A stretch of DNA of 64,000 nucleotides from Deltaproteobacteria bacterium (GCA_022843175.1 JALHOE010000001.1:70988-134987); one strand, 5' to 3'. Numbered from the stretch's first letter, positions 1-8,634 are shown. Notes: generated by a model from the letters alone, not told the origin. A program made the numbers and translations.

Positions 1-89
1 CCGCAATCGCGAGAGCAGAGGTCTTCATTGCGCTCGACGTCTTGCCACGCGACACCGCTGACCGCAACGACGCATGCACAGATGCGTTA

Positions 90-106
90 GTGACCGCAGC
101 AGTCAC
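90..106. promoter_or_regulatory. GTGAC-N7-GTCAC dyad (copy 1), upstream of TonB receptor gene
   Basis: perfect dyad gtgaccgcagcagtcac read directly; intergenic. Confidence 0.6.
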
Positions 107-292
107 GGTACAACTTCGCTGGCGCACTCGCAGTTCATCGGCGATTGCAGGTGCAGCTGCGATCGTGTACGCGCGTTCTCGCCACCCAGCGTGCCGATGG
201 CGGCGACTCGATCGTCGAGTCGACCGTAGGCCGTTCGCGGTGGCGACCTGCGCGACGCCGCCGACAAGGTACGGGCGCATGTCGAGGCGTGC

Positions 293-2368
293 ATGGTTCC
301 CACTGTAAGGTTCCGCGTAACGATCGCGATCCTCGCGCTGAGCGGTGGACTCATGCGCACCGCAGCCGCCCACGAGCAGCCCCCGAGCGGCCCGACACCA
401 CCGCAGAAGCCCGCGGAGATCGTCGTGTCCGGCGACAAGGGCTACACCGCTGCCTCCGCCGACGAGGTTCGACACCGCGATCTGTCTCTTCGTCCCCGCG
501 TTCGTCCGGGCGACATCCTCTCGGTAGTGCCGGGATTGTTCGCCGTGCAGCACGCCGGGGGCGGCAAAGCGAACCAGTATTTCCTCCGCGGCTTCGACGC
601 GGACCACGGCACCGACATCGCGCTCTTCGTCGACGGCGTTCCGATCAACCTTCCGTCGCACGGTCACGGTCAGGGTTGGCTCGACATCCATTTCCTGATC
701 CCGGAGCTCGTCACGACGCTCTCGTCGAGCAAGGGGCCGTACCTGGCCCGGTACGGAGACTTTGCGACGGCCGGGGCCATCGACATCCGGCTGAGCGATC
801 ACATCCACGAGTCGAGCGTGCTCGTTCAGGGAGGAAGCTTCGGGTCCGCCCGTACGGTGTTCATGACTGCGCCGGAGCTCGGCGACGATTGGTCGACGAT
901 CGTCGCAGGCGAAGCGTCGACGTCGAACGGGCCGTTCCGCAATCCGGAACGTTTCCGCAAGCTCAACGTCTTCGGACGAGCGACGCGCCACCTCGGGCCC
1001 GGCGCGCTGTCGCTCACATGGATGTCGTACAGCGGCGGGTGGAACGCGTCGGGTCAGGTGCCGCTCCGCGCGATCGGCAAGGTGCCGGAGCTCCCCGACG
1101 AGTTCGGTACGATGGACCCGACGGAGGGAGGCAGCACGCAGCGGCATCAGTTGAGTGCGTCGTACGCGTATCGCCGCGGCGATGACGACACTCGCGCGGT
1201 CATCTACGCGACCCGTTACAACTTCGCGCTGTTCTCGAACTTCACGTTCTTCGCGCGCGACCCGGAGAACGGCGATCAGATCGCGCAGACCGATGGACGA
1301 ACCGTCGCCGGCGCCCATTGGTTCTACCGCCGCACGCGAGCCCTCGGCGGGTTGAAGCTCGCGAGCACCGTCGGCTTCCAAGCGCGCCACGACGCGATCC
1401 AGAACACACTCCACGAGACGCGAGCGCGCAAGAGCCTCGGCACCTCTGTCGACGCCGGCGTGTCGCAAACATCGATCGGCCTCTATGCCGAGGAGGACGC
1501 GACACTCCTTCCCTGGCTTCGCGTCATCGCGGGCCTCCGTGTGGATCGCTTCGATGTGTCGGTGCGCGACCGTCTCGAGCGCACGGATGGCGCGCAGACT
1601 TCCGGAATCGAGGGCGCCACGCTCGCCTCGCCGAAGCTCAGCGTGGTGCTGTCGCCCGCGCCGTTCATCAACATGTTTCTCAACTACGGCCGCGGCTTCC
1701 ACAGCAACGACGCGCGTGGTGCCGTGCGCCGTCTCGATCCGTCGTCGCCAGCGGTGACGCTCCTCGCTGTCGCAGACGGCTACGAAGCCGGCACGCGTCT
1801 CCGCCTGCTCGATCGTCTGGACATCGCCGCTGCCGTCTTCCGGCTCGACCTCCAGAGCGAGACCGTGTGGGTCGGCGACGAGGGAACGACCGAGGCCCGC
1901 GGTCCCACGCGGCGCATCGGTGCGGAGCTCGAGGCACGCGTGAAGCTCGCCAACTGGATCTTCGCCGACGCGGACGCGACGTTCACGAAGGCGACCTTCG
2001 TACAGAACGCGGGGAACGCCAACGCTGTCGCACTGGCACCGACGCGAACGTTCTCTGGCGGGATCGGCTTCAAGCATCCGCGCGGAACGTTCGGCAGCTT
2101 GCGTGTGCGATCGATCGCTGCGAGGCCGGCGACGGAGGATCGCGCGCTCGTCGCCGATGGCTGGACGGTGTTCGACGCCTCGCTCGGCCATCGTTTCGGT
2201 TGGCTCGAAGTCGCTGCGGACGTTCGGAACGTGCTGAACACGCGGTGGCGAGAGGTGCAGTTCGCGAACGAGTCGCGGCTCCGAACCGAGAGCGCCCCGG
2301 TCCGCGACATTCACTTCACGCCGGGCTGGCCGTTCACCGCTCTGGTGCGAGCCACAGCGTACTGGTGA
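293..2368 (+). CDS. TonB-dependent outer-membrane receptor
   Basis: 691-aa ORF. Signal peptide (AILALSGGLMRTAAAHE). Plug-type motifs (ILSVVPGLFAVQHAGGGKANQYFLRGFDADHGTD). Long beta-barrel region ending in aromatic ...ATAYW. Family call by motif recall only. Confidence 0.85.
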   Translation: MVPTVRFRVTIAILALSGGLMRTAAAHEQPPSGPTPPQKPAEIVVSGDKGYTAASADEVRHRDLSLRPRVRPGDILSVVPGLFAVQHAGGGKANQYFLRGFDADHGTDIALFVDGVPINLPSHGHGQGWLDIHFLIPELVTTLSSSKGPYLARYGDFATAGAIDIRLSDHIHESSVLVQGGSFGSARTVFMTAPELGDDWSTIVAGEASTSNGPFRNPERFRKLNVFGRATRHLGPGALSLTWMSYSGGWNASGQVPLRAIGKVPELPDEFGTMDPTEGGSTQRHQLSASYAYRRGDDDTRAVIYATRYNFALFSNFTFFARDPENGDQIAQTDGRTVAGAHWFYRRTRALGGLKLASTVGFQARHDAIQNTLHETRARKSLGTSVDAGVSQTSIGLYAEEDATLLPWLRVIAGLRVDRFDVSVRDRLERTDGAQTSGIEGATLASPKLSVVLSPAPFINMFLNYGRGFHSNDARGAVRRLDPSSPAVTLLAVADGYEAGTRLRLLDRLDIAAAVFRLDLQSETVWVGDEGTTEARGPTRRIGAELEARVKLANWIFADADATFTKATFVQNAGNANAVALAPTRTFSGGIGFKHPRGTFGSLRVRSIAARPATEDRALVADGWTVFDASLGHRFGWLEVAADVRNVLNTRWREVQFANESRLRTESAPVRDIHFTPGWPFTALVRATAYW

Positions 2369-2381
2369 CCGAGCCGGTCAC
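2365..2381. promoter_or_regulatory. GTGAC-N7-GTCAC dyad (copy 2)
   Basis: perfect gtgaccgagccggtcac; overlaps only the TGA stop of the TonB receptor gene; about 210 bp upstream of the micropeptide genes. Confidence 0.6.
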
Positions 2382-2589
2382 ATAGGTCTCCTGGCAGTCG
2401 CTCTGCCGGCCACTCGCACGCGGATCGTTCCGGGGTGCAGCGCACGCATTCGCTGCGATATCCGAACTGTGGTCGGCGCGGTCACGGTGCAACGTTGAGG
2501 TCAGCGCGCGGGCACTCGCCTTGCAGAAGCACGCGACGCCGCGGCACGAGGTCGCGGCGCTGTTAGACTCGTGACCTGGAGGTGCGCAC

Positions 2590-2667
2590 ATGAAGATTCG
2601 TATCCGCATTCGTCAGACCAACTGCAAGTTCTGCGGCGGAGCCTGCGGGTTCTTCTGCAACTGCTGA
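2590..2667 (+). CDS. unannotated 25-aa Cys-rich micropeptide (MKIRIRIRQTNCKFCGGACGFFCNC)
   Basis: ATG preceded by GGAGG 7 nt upstream. Five Cys in the last 14 residues. GC-rich third positions in the Cys-rich half. Below the 60-aa cutoff of the ORF track. Confidence 0.5.
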   Translation: MKIRIRIRQTNCKFCGGACGFFCNC

Positions 2668-2682
2668 TCGGAAGCCATCCCC

Positions 2683-2835
2683 GTGAAAGCTCTCCGTACG
2701 ACGAAGATCAAGAACGTGAAGGTTCGTCCTGCAGCCAAGACGCGCCTGCGTCACTGCGGCGATCCTCCGACGATGCGTCACTGCGGTGATCCGCCGATGC
2801 TTCGGCATTGCGGCGATCCGCCCGCTCGTCGCTGA
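2683..2835 (+). CDS. unannotated 50-aa peptide with three HCGDPP repeats (MKALRTTKIKNVKVRPAAKTRLRHCGDPPTMRHCGDPPMLRHCGDPPARR)
   Basis: GTG start fixed by an in-frame TGA five codons upstream and by alignment to the paralog at 47903-48052 (shared MK.LR....NVKV leader and HCGDPP repeats). Followed by a strong hairpin terminator. Confidence 0.6.
   Translation: MKALRTTKIKNVKVRPAAKTRLRHCGDPPTMRHCGDPPMLRHCGDPPARR
2749..2823 (+). repeat. 27-nt tandem repeat (about 2.8 copies) encoding R-H-C-G-D-P-P-x-x
   Basis: cgtcactgcggcgatcctccgacgatg / cgtcactgcggtgatccgccgatgctt / cggcattgcggcgatccgccc read directly. Confidence 0.8.
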
Positions 2836-2849
2836 CAAGCGGCCCTTGC

Positions 2850-2885
2850 ACGATGCCCCCGCACCGAAAGGAACGGGGGCATCGT
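2850..2885. terminator. bidirectional hairpin terminator between convergent genes
   Basis: perfect 11-bp stem acgatgccccc / gggggcatcgt with a 14-nt loop, followed by cttcttc; lies between the peptide gene (+) and the 2891-4759 gene (-). Confidence 0.6.
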
Positions 2886-2890
2886 CTTCT

Positions 2891-4759
2891 TCAGCGTCGT
2901 CGTCGCAGTGCGAGCGCGGTCACGACGGCCAACCACCCGAGCGATGGACCGAACTTCGTCGCTCCGGCGCCCATGCTGCAACCGCCACCATCGCTGCCGA
3001 CGTCGCCGTTCGGTCCCTGTGTCGCGCCGGGACTCCCGCCGCCGGAACCAGCGTCGCCGCCGGGCCCGGCCTCGGTGAACGTGCCGCCGTCCTTCTCGAC
3101 GGGATCCGGTTCTTCCTCCATCCCTGCGTCGAACAGACCACCATCCGGGGGTGCGGAGGGAGGCGGCGGCACCGTGGGGCCCGACCATCGTGTGAGCGCG
3201 TTGCGGATCATCGTCTCGTAGCGCGCGTCCTGGCTTCCCGCGAATCCGCCGCCCTTCGCGGCCCAGTCATCGAGCGCCCACGCCGTGAAGATCGCGCCCA
3301 TCGAAACGACCTCTGCGCCGGCCGGTGTACGGTAGAAGGCCGCCGAACCCTTGATCTTGCCGTCGGAGACTTGCTTGATCGCGCCAAGGACGCGCTGGCC
3401 AGGTGGCCGGAACTTGTCGAACTCGGGGCTGCTCGCGAGCGTAGAGTCGACTTCGTAACCGAAGACGTTGGCGATCTTGTCTCCGGCCTTCAGCCCAGTG
3501 CCGTCGTACAACCAGAACGTCGGATCGGTGACGATGAGATCCGCCCACGGGTAGAGACCGCCGTGCATCGGGTTGCCCGATGCATCGCGGATGATTCCTG
3601 CAGACTGCACGCCGGTGAGAAGCATGCCCGGACGACGCTCGTCGATCCCTGCTGCGGGATCGTACTCGAGGTTCTTCCACCCGCGCGTCACGAGGCGGTA
3701 CTTCGCCTTCGCCTCCTCGATCTTGCCAGCCGCTTTCAGCGAGTACGCTTCTTTCTGCATCGGGTCGCGCACCCAGCTCTCCTTGTACCCAACGATCGTG
3801 CTGCGCGGTCCGCCGGGACCCGCCTCGAAGCGCACCTGCCACGACCACGTGTCGCCCGAGAGGAAGAGGAAGTTCGCGCCGGCGTCGCGCGCACCCAGCG
3901 CGTTGTCATACATCGGCCGGCTTGTGTACTCCTCGTGTCCCGAGAACGTGATCACCTTGCGCCCCTTCGCGATCTCCGGATCGCGATCGAGGTCTTCATC
4001 GGTGCAATACGCGACCTCGTAGCCGTTCTTCTCGAGCCAGCGGATGAACGGGTACTCGTAGCCGCCGACGTCGGCGATACCGCCCCCAACGAGGAAGGGA
4101 CGATCGAGCGAGACCTTCACGGCCTGCGTCAACGTTCCGATCGATTCGCTCGGGTGCGCAGGGCTCGAGTTGAATCCGTAAAGGCTCTTGCCGCCGCGCT
4201 CCGGTCCCGGCCACGCGTTGTACACGGCGTGCGTCGCCAGTCCGACGACCAGGAGGATCGGCTGCTTCGCGGGCATCCCGTCGTCGCGCACGGTGAAGAA
4301 CGTGAGAGCCTGCTTGCCGCTCGCAGCCTCGACGCGCGCCACGTACAGGCCCGTGGTCCACGTCGAATCGGTCGGGACCGAGACCGAGTCCGGCCAACGC
4401 GCTTCCGCGATTCCGAACTTCTCGTCGGCCGCAGGGTAGCTCCGAGGCGACGCCGGTTGCGCGGTGATGACCTTCATCTCGCGCGCGCCGGTCCCGCCGT
4501 ACCACCCGAGTCGGAAGATCCGAACGTCGTATCCCGTCGTCGAATGGACCTTCAGCTTGACCGTATCGCCGCGTGCGATCGACCACTGCGCGGGGTAGAC
4601 GTCGACGACGCCGCCAAAGCGGGCCGTCCCATCGTTCACCACCGTCCAGCTTCCAGCGATGCCGCTCTTGCCGTTCTCTTCCGACACGACTCCGGCGTGC
4701 GCCACCGCGGATGAAGCGAGGGACGCGAGCACGAAGACCGAACCAACGACACGACGCAT
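2891..4759 (-). CDS. secreted N,N-dimethylformamidase beta-subunit-like (DUF6605-like) protein with a MYXO-CTERM sorting tag
   Basis: 622-aa ORF. Signal peptide (VFVLASLASSAVAHA). GAGGAGG Shine-Dalgarno before the ATG. Body resembles DMF-ase-like family by recall (RLGWYGG..., GLATHAVYNAW). C-terminus GGGCSMGAGATKFGPSLGWLAVVTALALRRRR is a Gly/Cys motif, a hydrophobic helix and an Arg cluster. Confidence 0.65.
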   Translation of the reverse strand: MRRVVGSVFVLASLASSAVAHAGVVSEENGKSGIAGSWTVVNDGTARFGGVVDVYPAQWSIARGDTVKLKVHSTTGYDVRIFRLGWYGGTGAREMKVITAQPASPRSYPAADEKFGIAEARWPDSVSVPTDSTWTTGLYVARVEAASGKQALTFFTVRDDGMPAKQPILLVVGLATHAVYNAWPGPERGGKSLYGFNSSPAHPSESIGTLTQAVKVSLDRPFLVGGGIADVGGYEYPFIRWLEKNGYEVAYCTDEDLDRDPEIAKGRKVITFSGHEEYTSRPMYDNALGARDAGANFLFLSGDTWSWQVRFEAGPGGPRSTIVGYKESWVRDPMQKEAYSLKAAGKIEEAKAKYRLVTRGWKNLEYDPAAGIDERRPGMLLTGVQSAGIIRDASGNPMHGGLYPWADLIVTDPTFWLYDGTGLKAGDKIANVFGYEVDSTLASSPEFDKFRPPGQRVLGAIKQVSDGKIKGSAAFYRTPAGAEVVSMGAIFTAWALDDWAAKGGGFAGSQDARYETMIRNALTRWSGPTVPPPPSAPPDGGLFDAGMEEEPDPVEKDGGTFTEAGPGGDAGSGGGSPGATQGPNGDVGSDGGGCSMGAGATKFGPSLGWLAVVTALALRRRR

Positions 4760-4867
4760 TGGGTGAACCTCCTCAAGCCGGCGTATGCCGGTCTGTCGCG
4801 GTCGTTCATCAAGCGTTGTGCCCTTCTCGGCTGTGCTGCCGCTTTACGGCAGACCCGGTCAGCGCCC

Positions 4868-4884
4868 GTGACTGCGTCGGTCAC
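4868..4884. promoter_or_regulatory. GTGAC-N7-GTCAC dyad (copy 3)
   Basis: perfect gtgactgcgtcggtcac; 109 bp upstream of the 4759 start (minus strand). Confidence 0.6.
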
Positions 4885-4965
4885 ACTTCTCGGAGCCGCT
4901 CCCAACCCGGTACACGGATCGTGGAGACGGCGATCCGAAGATCGGAGGCGTACAAGTTTCGCGTC

Positions 4966-4982
4966 GTGACCGGACGGGTCAC
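4966..4982. promoter_or_regulatory. GTGAC-N7-GTCAC dyad (copy 4)
   Basis: perfect gtgaccggacgggtcac; intergenic between lgt and the DMF-ase-like gene. Confidence 0.6.
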
Positions 4983-5000
4983 GTGCAGCCCGCGACCGCG

Positions 5001-5780
5001 TCATGCCGGTACGAGCGTGACGCGGTCGTTCTCGTCGCGACCACGGATCGCAACGAGCAGCACCACGCCGACGACGGCGAGCAACACGCTGCCGTACTGT
5101 GCCGGCGTCAGGCCCAGGTATCGAGCATCACCGACGCGAAGTGCGTCGAGCGCGAAGCGCACCGGAGCGTAGACCAGCGCAAGGAGTCCGGTGAAGAAGG
5201 CCGGCGGACGTCGACGACGACCGAGAACCGCGAAGAGAGCCGCGATGACGATCGTGTAGAGGGCCTCCTCAAGTCCGAGGTTGTGGCGAACGACGCCGTC
5301 GACGTACCGCTGACCGAGCACGAAGCTGGTGGCCCGCCCCACGTGATCGAACGCGAGCGCGCATCCGATTCGGCCGAAGATCCAGCCGAACGGAAAGGCG
5401 TACGCGATCGCGTCGACTTGACGCCACGAGTGTGCGGGCCGCCGACGCCAGATGTAGAGCGCAGCGCCCGCCACTGCGCCGACGAAGCCGCCGAAGGATC
5501 CGAGTCCGTCCCAGAGCCGAAACACACGCCATGGATCAGTGAGAAGCGTTCGCGGTTCGTAGAGCAGCAGATCGAGCACGTGGCCGCCGAGGAAGCCACC
5601 GAGCACCACCCAGGTCAGCATGCGGTCGATCTCTCCCGCGGGCAGCCCGATACGAACCGCGCGGCGGCGCGCGACCTCGGTTCCGACGAGCACCGCGATC
5701 GCAACGAGGACGCCGAAGGCGTAGATCGTCACCGGTCCGAGAGCGATCCGCGGCTGAGCAATGTACGGGAGCATTCGCAA
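5001..5780 (-). CDS. lgt: prolipoprotein diacylglyceryl transferase
   Basis: 259-aa polytopic membrane ORF with Lgt-type motifs (LGPVTIYAFGVLVAIA, GGFLGGHV, FGRIGCALAFDH, LGLTPAQYGS). Confidence 0.85.
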   Translation of the reverse strand: MRMLPYIAQPRIALGPVTIYAFGVLVAIAVLVGTEVARRRAVRIGLPAGEIDRMLTWVVLGGFLGGHVLDLLLYEPRTLLTDPWRVFRLWDGLGSFGGFVGAVAGAALYIWRRRPAHSWRQVDAIAYAFPFGWIFGRIGCALAFDHVGRATSFVLGQRYVDGVVRHNLGLEEALYTIVIAALFAVLGRRRRPPAFFTGLLALVYAPVRFALDALRVGDARYLGLTPAQYGSVLLAVVGVVLLVAIRGRDENDRVTLVPA

Positions 5781-5965
5781 GGTCTCCTTCTACGGGTACG
5801 TCCATGGAGACACGCGGTATCGATCGACGATTCCGCAAGCGCCGTGGGCGAGGCCGTTCGTGGAGAAGACGCAGCATCGCGCCGGCCATTACACGTGCCG
5901 CTACGGAAGAGACCGGCTCGTCGTGGCGTGTCGCTGGTGGTCATCGCCGAGGTTCCCGCATCTGC

Positions 5966-5982
5966 GTGACCGCGCGGGTCAC
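5966..5982. promoter_or_regulatory. GTGAC-N7-GTCAC dyad (copy 5), divergent lgt / Trx-lipoprotein region
   Basis: perfect gtgaccgcgcgggtcac. Confidence 0.6.
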
Positions 5983-6075
5983 GGTGCTCCCGGGGAACTT
6001 GATCCAGTCGACGAGACGCTTCTGGACGAACGTATCGATTCATGGGACGAACGTCGCGTCGCGGAGGGTGCTCTC

Positions 6076-6831
6076 ATGAAACGTCTCGCTGCTGTCGGCT
6101 GCATCTTCGTTCTCAATGCGTGTAGCTCGCCGAAGGATGCGGCGAATGCCGCCGACACCGCGCCGCCGGTCGAAGACACCGCGCCAGTCGAGGACACCGC
6201 TCCGTGGCTCACCTATCCGGAAGGCCCCTACGGACTGAAGGTTGGCGAGACGTTCCCGAACTTCTCGTTCAAGGGCTACAAGGACGGGACCGGCGAGTGG
6301 ACCGACATCTCGATGATCGACTACTACGATCCGGACGGCACGCGCGGGATCAACGGCATCTACTGGGTCGTGTCGGCGCAGTGGTGCCCGCCGTGCCGCG
6401 AGGAAGCGAAGATCCTGCCGGGGATGCTCGATCGCCTCTATCGCGCGCGCGGTGCGCGGTTCGCGACCGCGATGATTCAGGACAACAAGAGGAACCCCGC
6501 GACGCAGACGACGGTCGACCAGTGGCTCGCCGCGTACCGACTCAACTTTGACATCGTGCTCGACGACGAGCCGCAGACACTGCCTTCGAGCGGCAGCGTT
6601 GGCTTGCCGTACAACTACGTGATCAACCCGCGCGACATGAAGGTCTATCGCATCATCCAGGGCGTGAACCCTGACGCGACGACGATCCCGGCGCTCAGCA
6701 CGATGCTCACCAAGAACGGCGCGCCGCCCCTCGCGATGGATGCAGGGACGAGCTCAGACGCGGGAACGGCGACGGATACTGGCGCGACGACCGACACCGG
6801 AAGCTCCACGCCGGACACAGCCTCCGACTGA
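6076..6831 (+). CDS. thioredoxin-fold (TlpA/redoxin-like) lipoprotein, WCPPC active site
   Basis: ATG at 6076 with GGAGGG upstream. Lipobox FVLNAC. Motif SAQWCPPCREEAK. N-terminal YPEGPYG motif shared with the 7365-7973 paralog. The longer track ORF (5761) lacks a signal peptide. Confidence 0.85.
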   Translation: MKRLAAVGCIFVLNACSSPKDAANAADTAPPVEDTAPVEDTAPWLTYPEGPYGLKVGETFPNFSFKGYKDGTGEWTDISMIDYYDPDGTRGINGIYWVVSAQWCPPCREEAKILPGMLDRLYRARGARFATAMIQDNKRNPATQTTVDQWLAAYRLNFDIVLDDEPQTLPSSGSVGLPYNYVINPRDMKVYRIIQGVNPDATTIPALSTMLTKNGAPPLAMDAGTSSDAGTATDTGATTDTGSSTPDTASD

Positions 6832-6833
6832 GC

Positions 6834-7364
6834 GTGCGTCGGTACCTGCTGCCCTTAGCGCTTTCCATTGGTTGCGCGTCGAGTCCCGCGGCCGACCCCA
6901 GCGCGATGGACGCCGGACGCGCTCCCGTGAAGCATCGCTCGGTCGCCGAGACCTGCTCGCCCGATCCTCCAGCCTCCGATTGTTCGACCTGCAGCACATG
7001 CGCGGACGGCGCGATCTGCATGCAGGGCAAGCACATCTGCACGTGCAGGAAGGACGCGTGTTCGAACGACTCGCAGTGCGCGGACGGCGGCGTGTGCGCC
7101 TGTCGCACGACGGCGAAGGATGCGCGAGGGTTCAACATCTGTCTCGCCGGTAACTGTCGCGTGGACGCGGACTGCGGTGCCGGCGGCTACTGCTCGCCGA
7201 CGTGGGATCTCGCGTGCGGCGAGTCGAATGGCGTCGTCGGCTACTACTGCCACACGGCACGCGACGCCTGCGTCGACGACAGCGATTGCGTCGACGGCGG
7301 CAAGAGCGGGTACTGCGCGTGGTCCGTCGATCGGTGGAAGTGCGCCTACGCCGTGTGTCTGTAG
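6834..7364 (+). CDS. Cys-rich lipoprotein (Myxococcus-type cysteine-rich repeats)
   Basis: GTG start directly after the upstream stop. Lipobox LSIGC. Repeated C-x-x-D-x-(D/Q)-C-x-x-G-x-x-C units (CSNDSQCADGGVC, CRVDADCGAGGYC, CVDDSDCVDGG). Confidence 0.7.
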   Translation: MRRYLLPLALSIGCASSPAADPSAMDAGRAPVKHRSVAETCSPDPPASDCSTCSTCADGAICMQGKHICTCRKDACSNDSQCADGGVCACRTTAKDARGFNICLAGNCRVDADCGAGGYCSPTWDLACGESNGVVGYYCHTARDACVDDSDCVDGGKSGYCAWSVDRWKCAYAVCL

Positions 7365-7973
7365 CTACCCGCCGAGCAGGCGATCGAGATCGCCAGTGAT
7401 ACGCGGCAGGTCGGCGCCCACGACCTTCGTCACGATCTTCATCGTCTGCAGATCGATGATCATGTTCAGCGGCATTGCGCTCTTGTCGAAGAACTGCGTC
7501 ACGTACCCGTCGTCGTCGTTCGCGACCGGATAGGTGAGCCCGTACGTCTGAATCCAGAGGTCGACGTTCGCGTCCGTGGCCGGCTTGCGCGCCGCGTCCT
7601 CGAGAACGATCGTCAGGAACGCGACGCCCTTCGGGCCGTAGTTGGGCACGATGCGCGACTGCATCTCCTTCGCTTCCTCCTTACAGGGAGAGCACCAGAA
7701 GGCCGCCACGTTCAGCACCATGTAGCGCTTGCCCTCGTTGCGCATCGCGTAGTAGCTCGCGAGGTCGAAGGTTTCCCGAGGCGTCGCGAGCCCCCCCTTG
7801 TGGCCGCGAAACGCACCGTTCTCGACGACCTTCCCAACCTCGGTGCCGTATGGCCCGGCGGGATACGCGCCGCTCGCGGTCGTGCCGCTGTCCGGAGGGG
7901 TCTTGCCCAACGGCTCCGACGAGCAGGCGCTGGCGATCGCCAGGAGAACTACAACGATCCAACATGCGCGCAT
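7365..7973 (-). CDS. thioredoxin-fold (TlpA/redoxin-like) lipoprotein, WCSPC active site
   Basis: start at internal ATG 7973 (MRACWIVVVLLAIASAC lipobox); AAFWCSPCKEEAKEM; YPAGPYG motif. Confidence 0.85.
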   Translation of the reverse strand: MRACWIVVVLLAIASACSSEPLGKTPPDSGTTASGAYPAGPYGTEVGKVVENGAFRGHKGGLATPRETFDLASYYAMRNEGKRYMVLNVAAFWCSPCKEEAKEMQSRIVPNYGPKGVAFLTIVLEDAARKPATDANVDLWIQTYGLTYPVANDDDGYVTQFFDKSAMPLNMIIDLQTMKIVTKVVGADLPRITGDLDRLLGG

Positions 7974-8040
7974 CGGTGAGCATCTAGCGCTCTGTTCCGA
8001 TGACGACAACTCGGCTTGCGTGTTGCTCGCGCGGTCACAT

Positions 8041-8057
8041 GTGACTGCTGCGGTCAC
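8041..8057. promoter_or_regulatory. GTGAC-N7-GTCAC dyad (copy 6), divergent Trx / Trx region
   Basis: perfect gtgactgctgcggtcac; extra GTCAC half-sites at 8034 and 8060. Confidence 0.6.
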
Positions 8058-8096
8058 GCGTCACAGCGTCAAGATGGCGATAACCTGCCGCGCTTG

Positions 8097-8621
8097 ATGC
8101 GATCGATCTTCTTGCTCGGCTCACTCCTGCTGACGCTTGCCTGCGCGAGCGGCGGACCGTCTGGCACGACCTCGGCAACGCGCAACGACAGCAGCGCGGA
8201 CGCGATGGACTTCACGTTGACCGACGTCGAGGGCAAACAGGTCTCGCTCTCCGACTACCTCGGCAAGTGGGCGATCCTCGTCGACTTCTGGGCGACGTGG
8301 TGCAAGCCCTGCATCGCCGAGATGGTTCATCTCCAGAAGCTCTATGACAAGAAGAAGGCAGGTGGCTTCGTCGTCCTCGCAGTGTCGATCGACGGCCCCG
8401 AAACAGAGGCGCAGGTCGCGCCGTTCGTGAAGAACAAGGGCTTCACCTTTCCGGTGTTGCTCGATCCGGAGACGCGCGCGACAAGCCTCTACAACCCGCG
8501 GCGCGCCGCGCCCTACACGGTGCTGATCGATCGGAGCGGCAAGATCGTGGTGCGTCGCGAGGGATTCAATCCCGGCGACGAGGTGCAGCTCGAGAAAGAC
8601 GTCGACGCGGCGATGAAATAG
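8097..8621 (+). CDS. TlpA/ResA-family thiol:disulfide oxidoreductase lipoprotein, WCKPC
   Basis: ATG 8097 (MRSIFLLGSLLLTLAC lipobox); classic FWATWCKPCIAEMVHL and TFPVLLD motifs. Confidence 0.9.
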   Translation: MRSIFLLGSLLLTLACASGGPSGTTSATRNDSSADAMDFTLTDVEGKQVSLSDYLGKWAILVDFWATWCKPCIAEMVHLQKLYDKKKAGGFVVLAVSIDGPETEAQVAPFVKNKGFTFPVLLDPETRATSLYNPRRAAPYTVLIDRSGKIVVRREGFNPGDEVQLEKDVDAAMK

Positions 8622-8634
8622 GGCACGTCGAACG

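Noticed and set aside
1-28. Apparent start of a minus-strand gene (MKTSALAIA...) leaving the window.
   Set aside because: Only nine codons are visible and there is no clear SD. This is not enough evidence.
2665-2667. The TGA ending the 25-aa peptide is in the same frame as the following HCGDPP peptide. This could be a read-through or Sec fusion into a 76-aa product.
   Set aside because: I could not fold a convincing hairpin in the 40 nt after this TGA. The paralog at 47903 starts at the equivalent MK, so two separate genes is the simpler reading.
2749-2823. The 27-nt tandem repeats here and at 47975-48019 considered as a mini CRISPR array or a non-coding satellite.
   Set aside because: There are only 2-3 units with no spacers. 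The period is a multiple of three, and both loci keep the same reading frame and peptide motif.
2786-4714. Long + strand ORF (642 aa) and many other 100-600-aa ORFs in the track. Examples: 145-1185, 1318-2385, 8566-9648, 19973-21112, 20781-22247, 23844-25667, 24256-25476, 30666-32213, 37315-38982, 48230-49741, 49504-50526, 55479-56444, 58203-60194.
   Set aside because: They lie antisense to, or out of frame over, genes with clear family motifs. Their products are Arg/Ala/Pro/Gly-rich low-complexity strings typical of spurious ORFs in very GC-rich DNA, and no domain motifs were recognisable.
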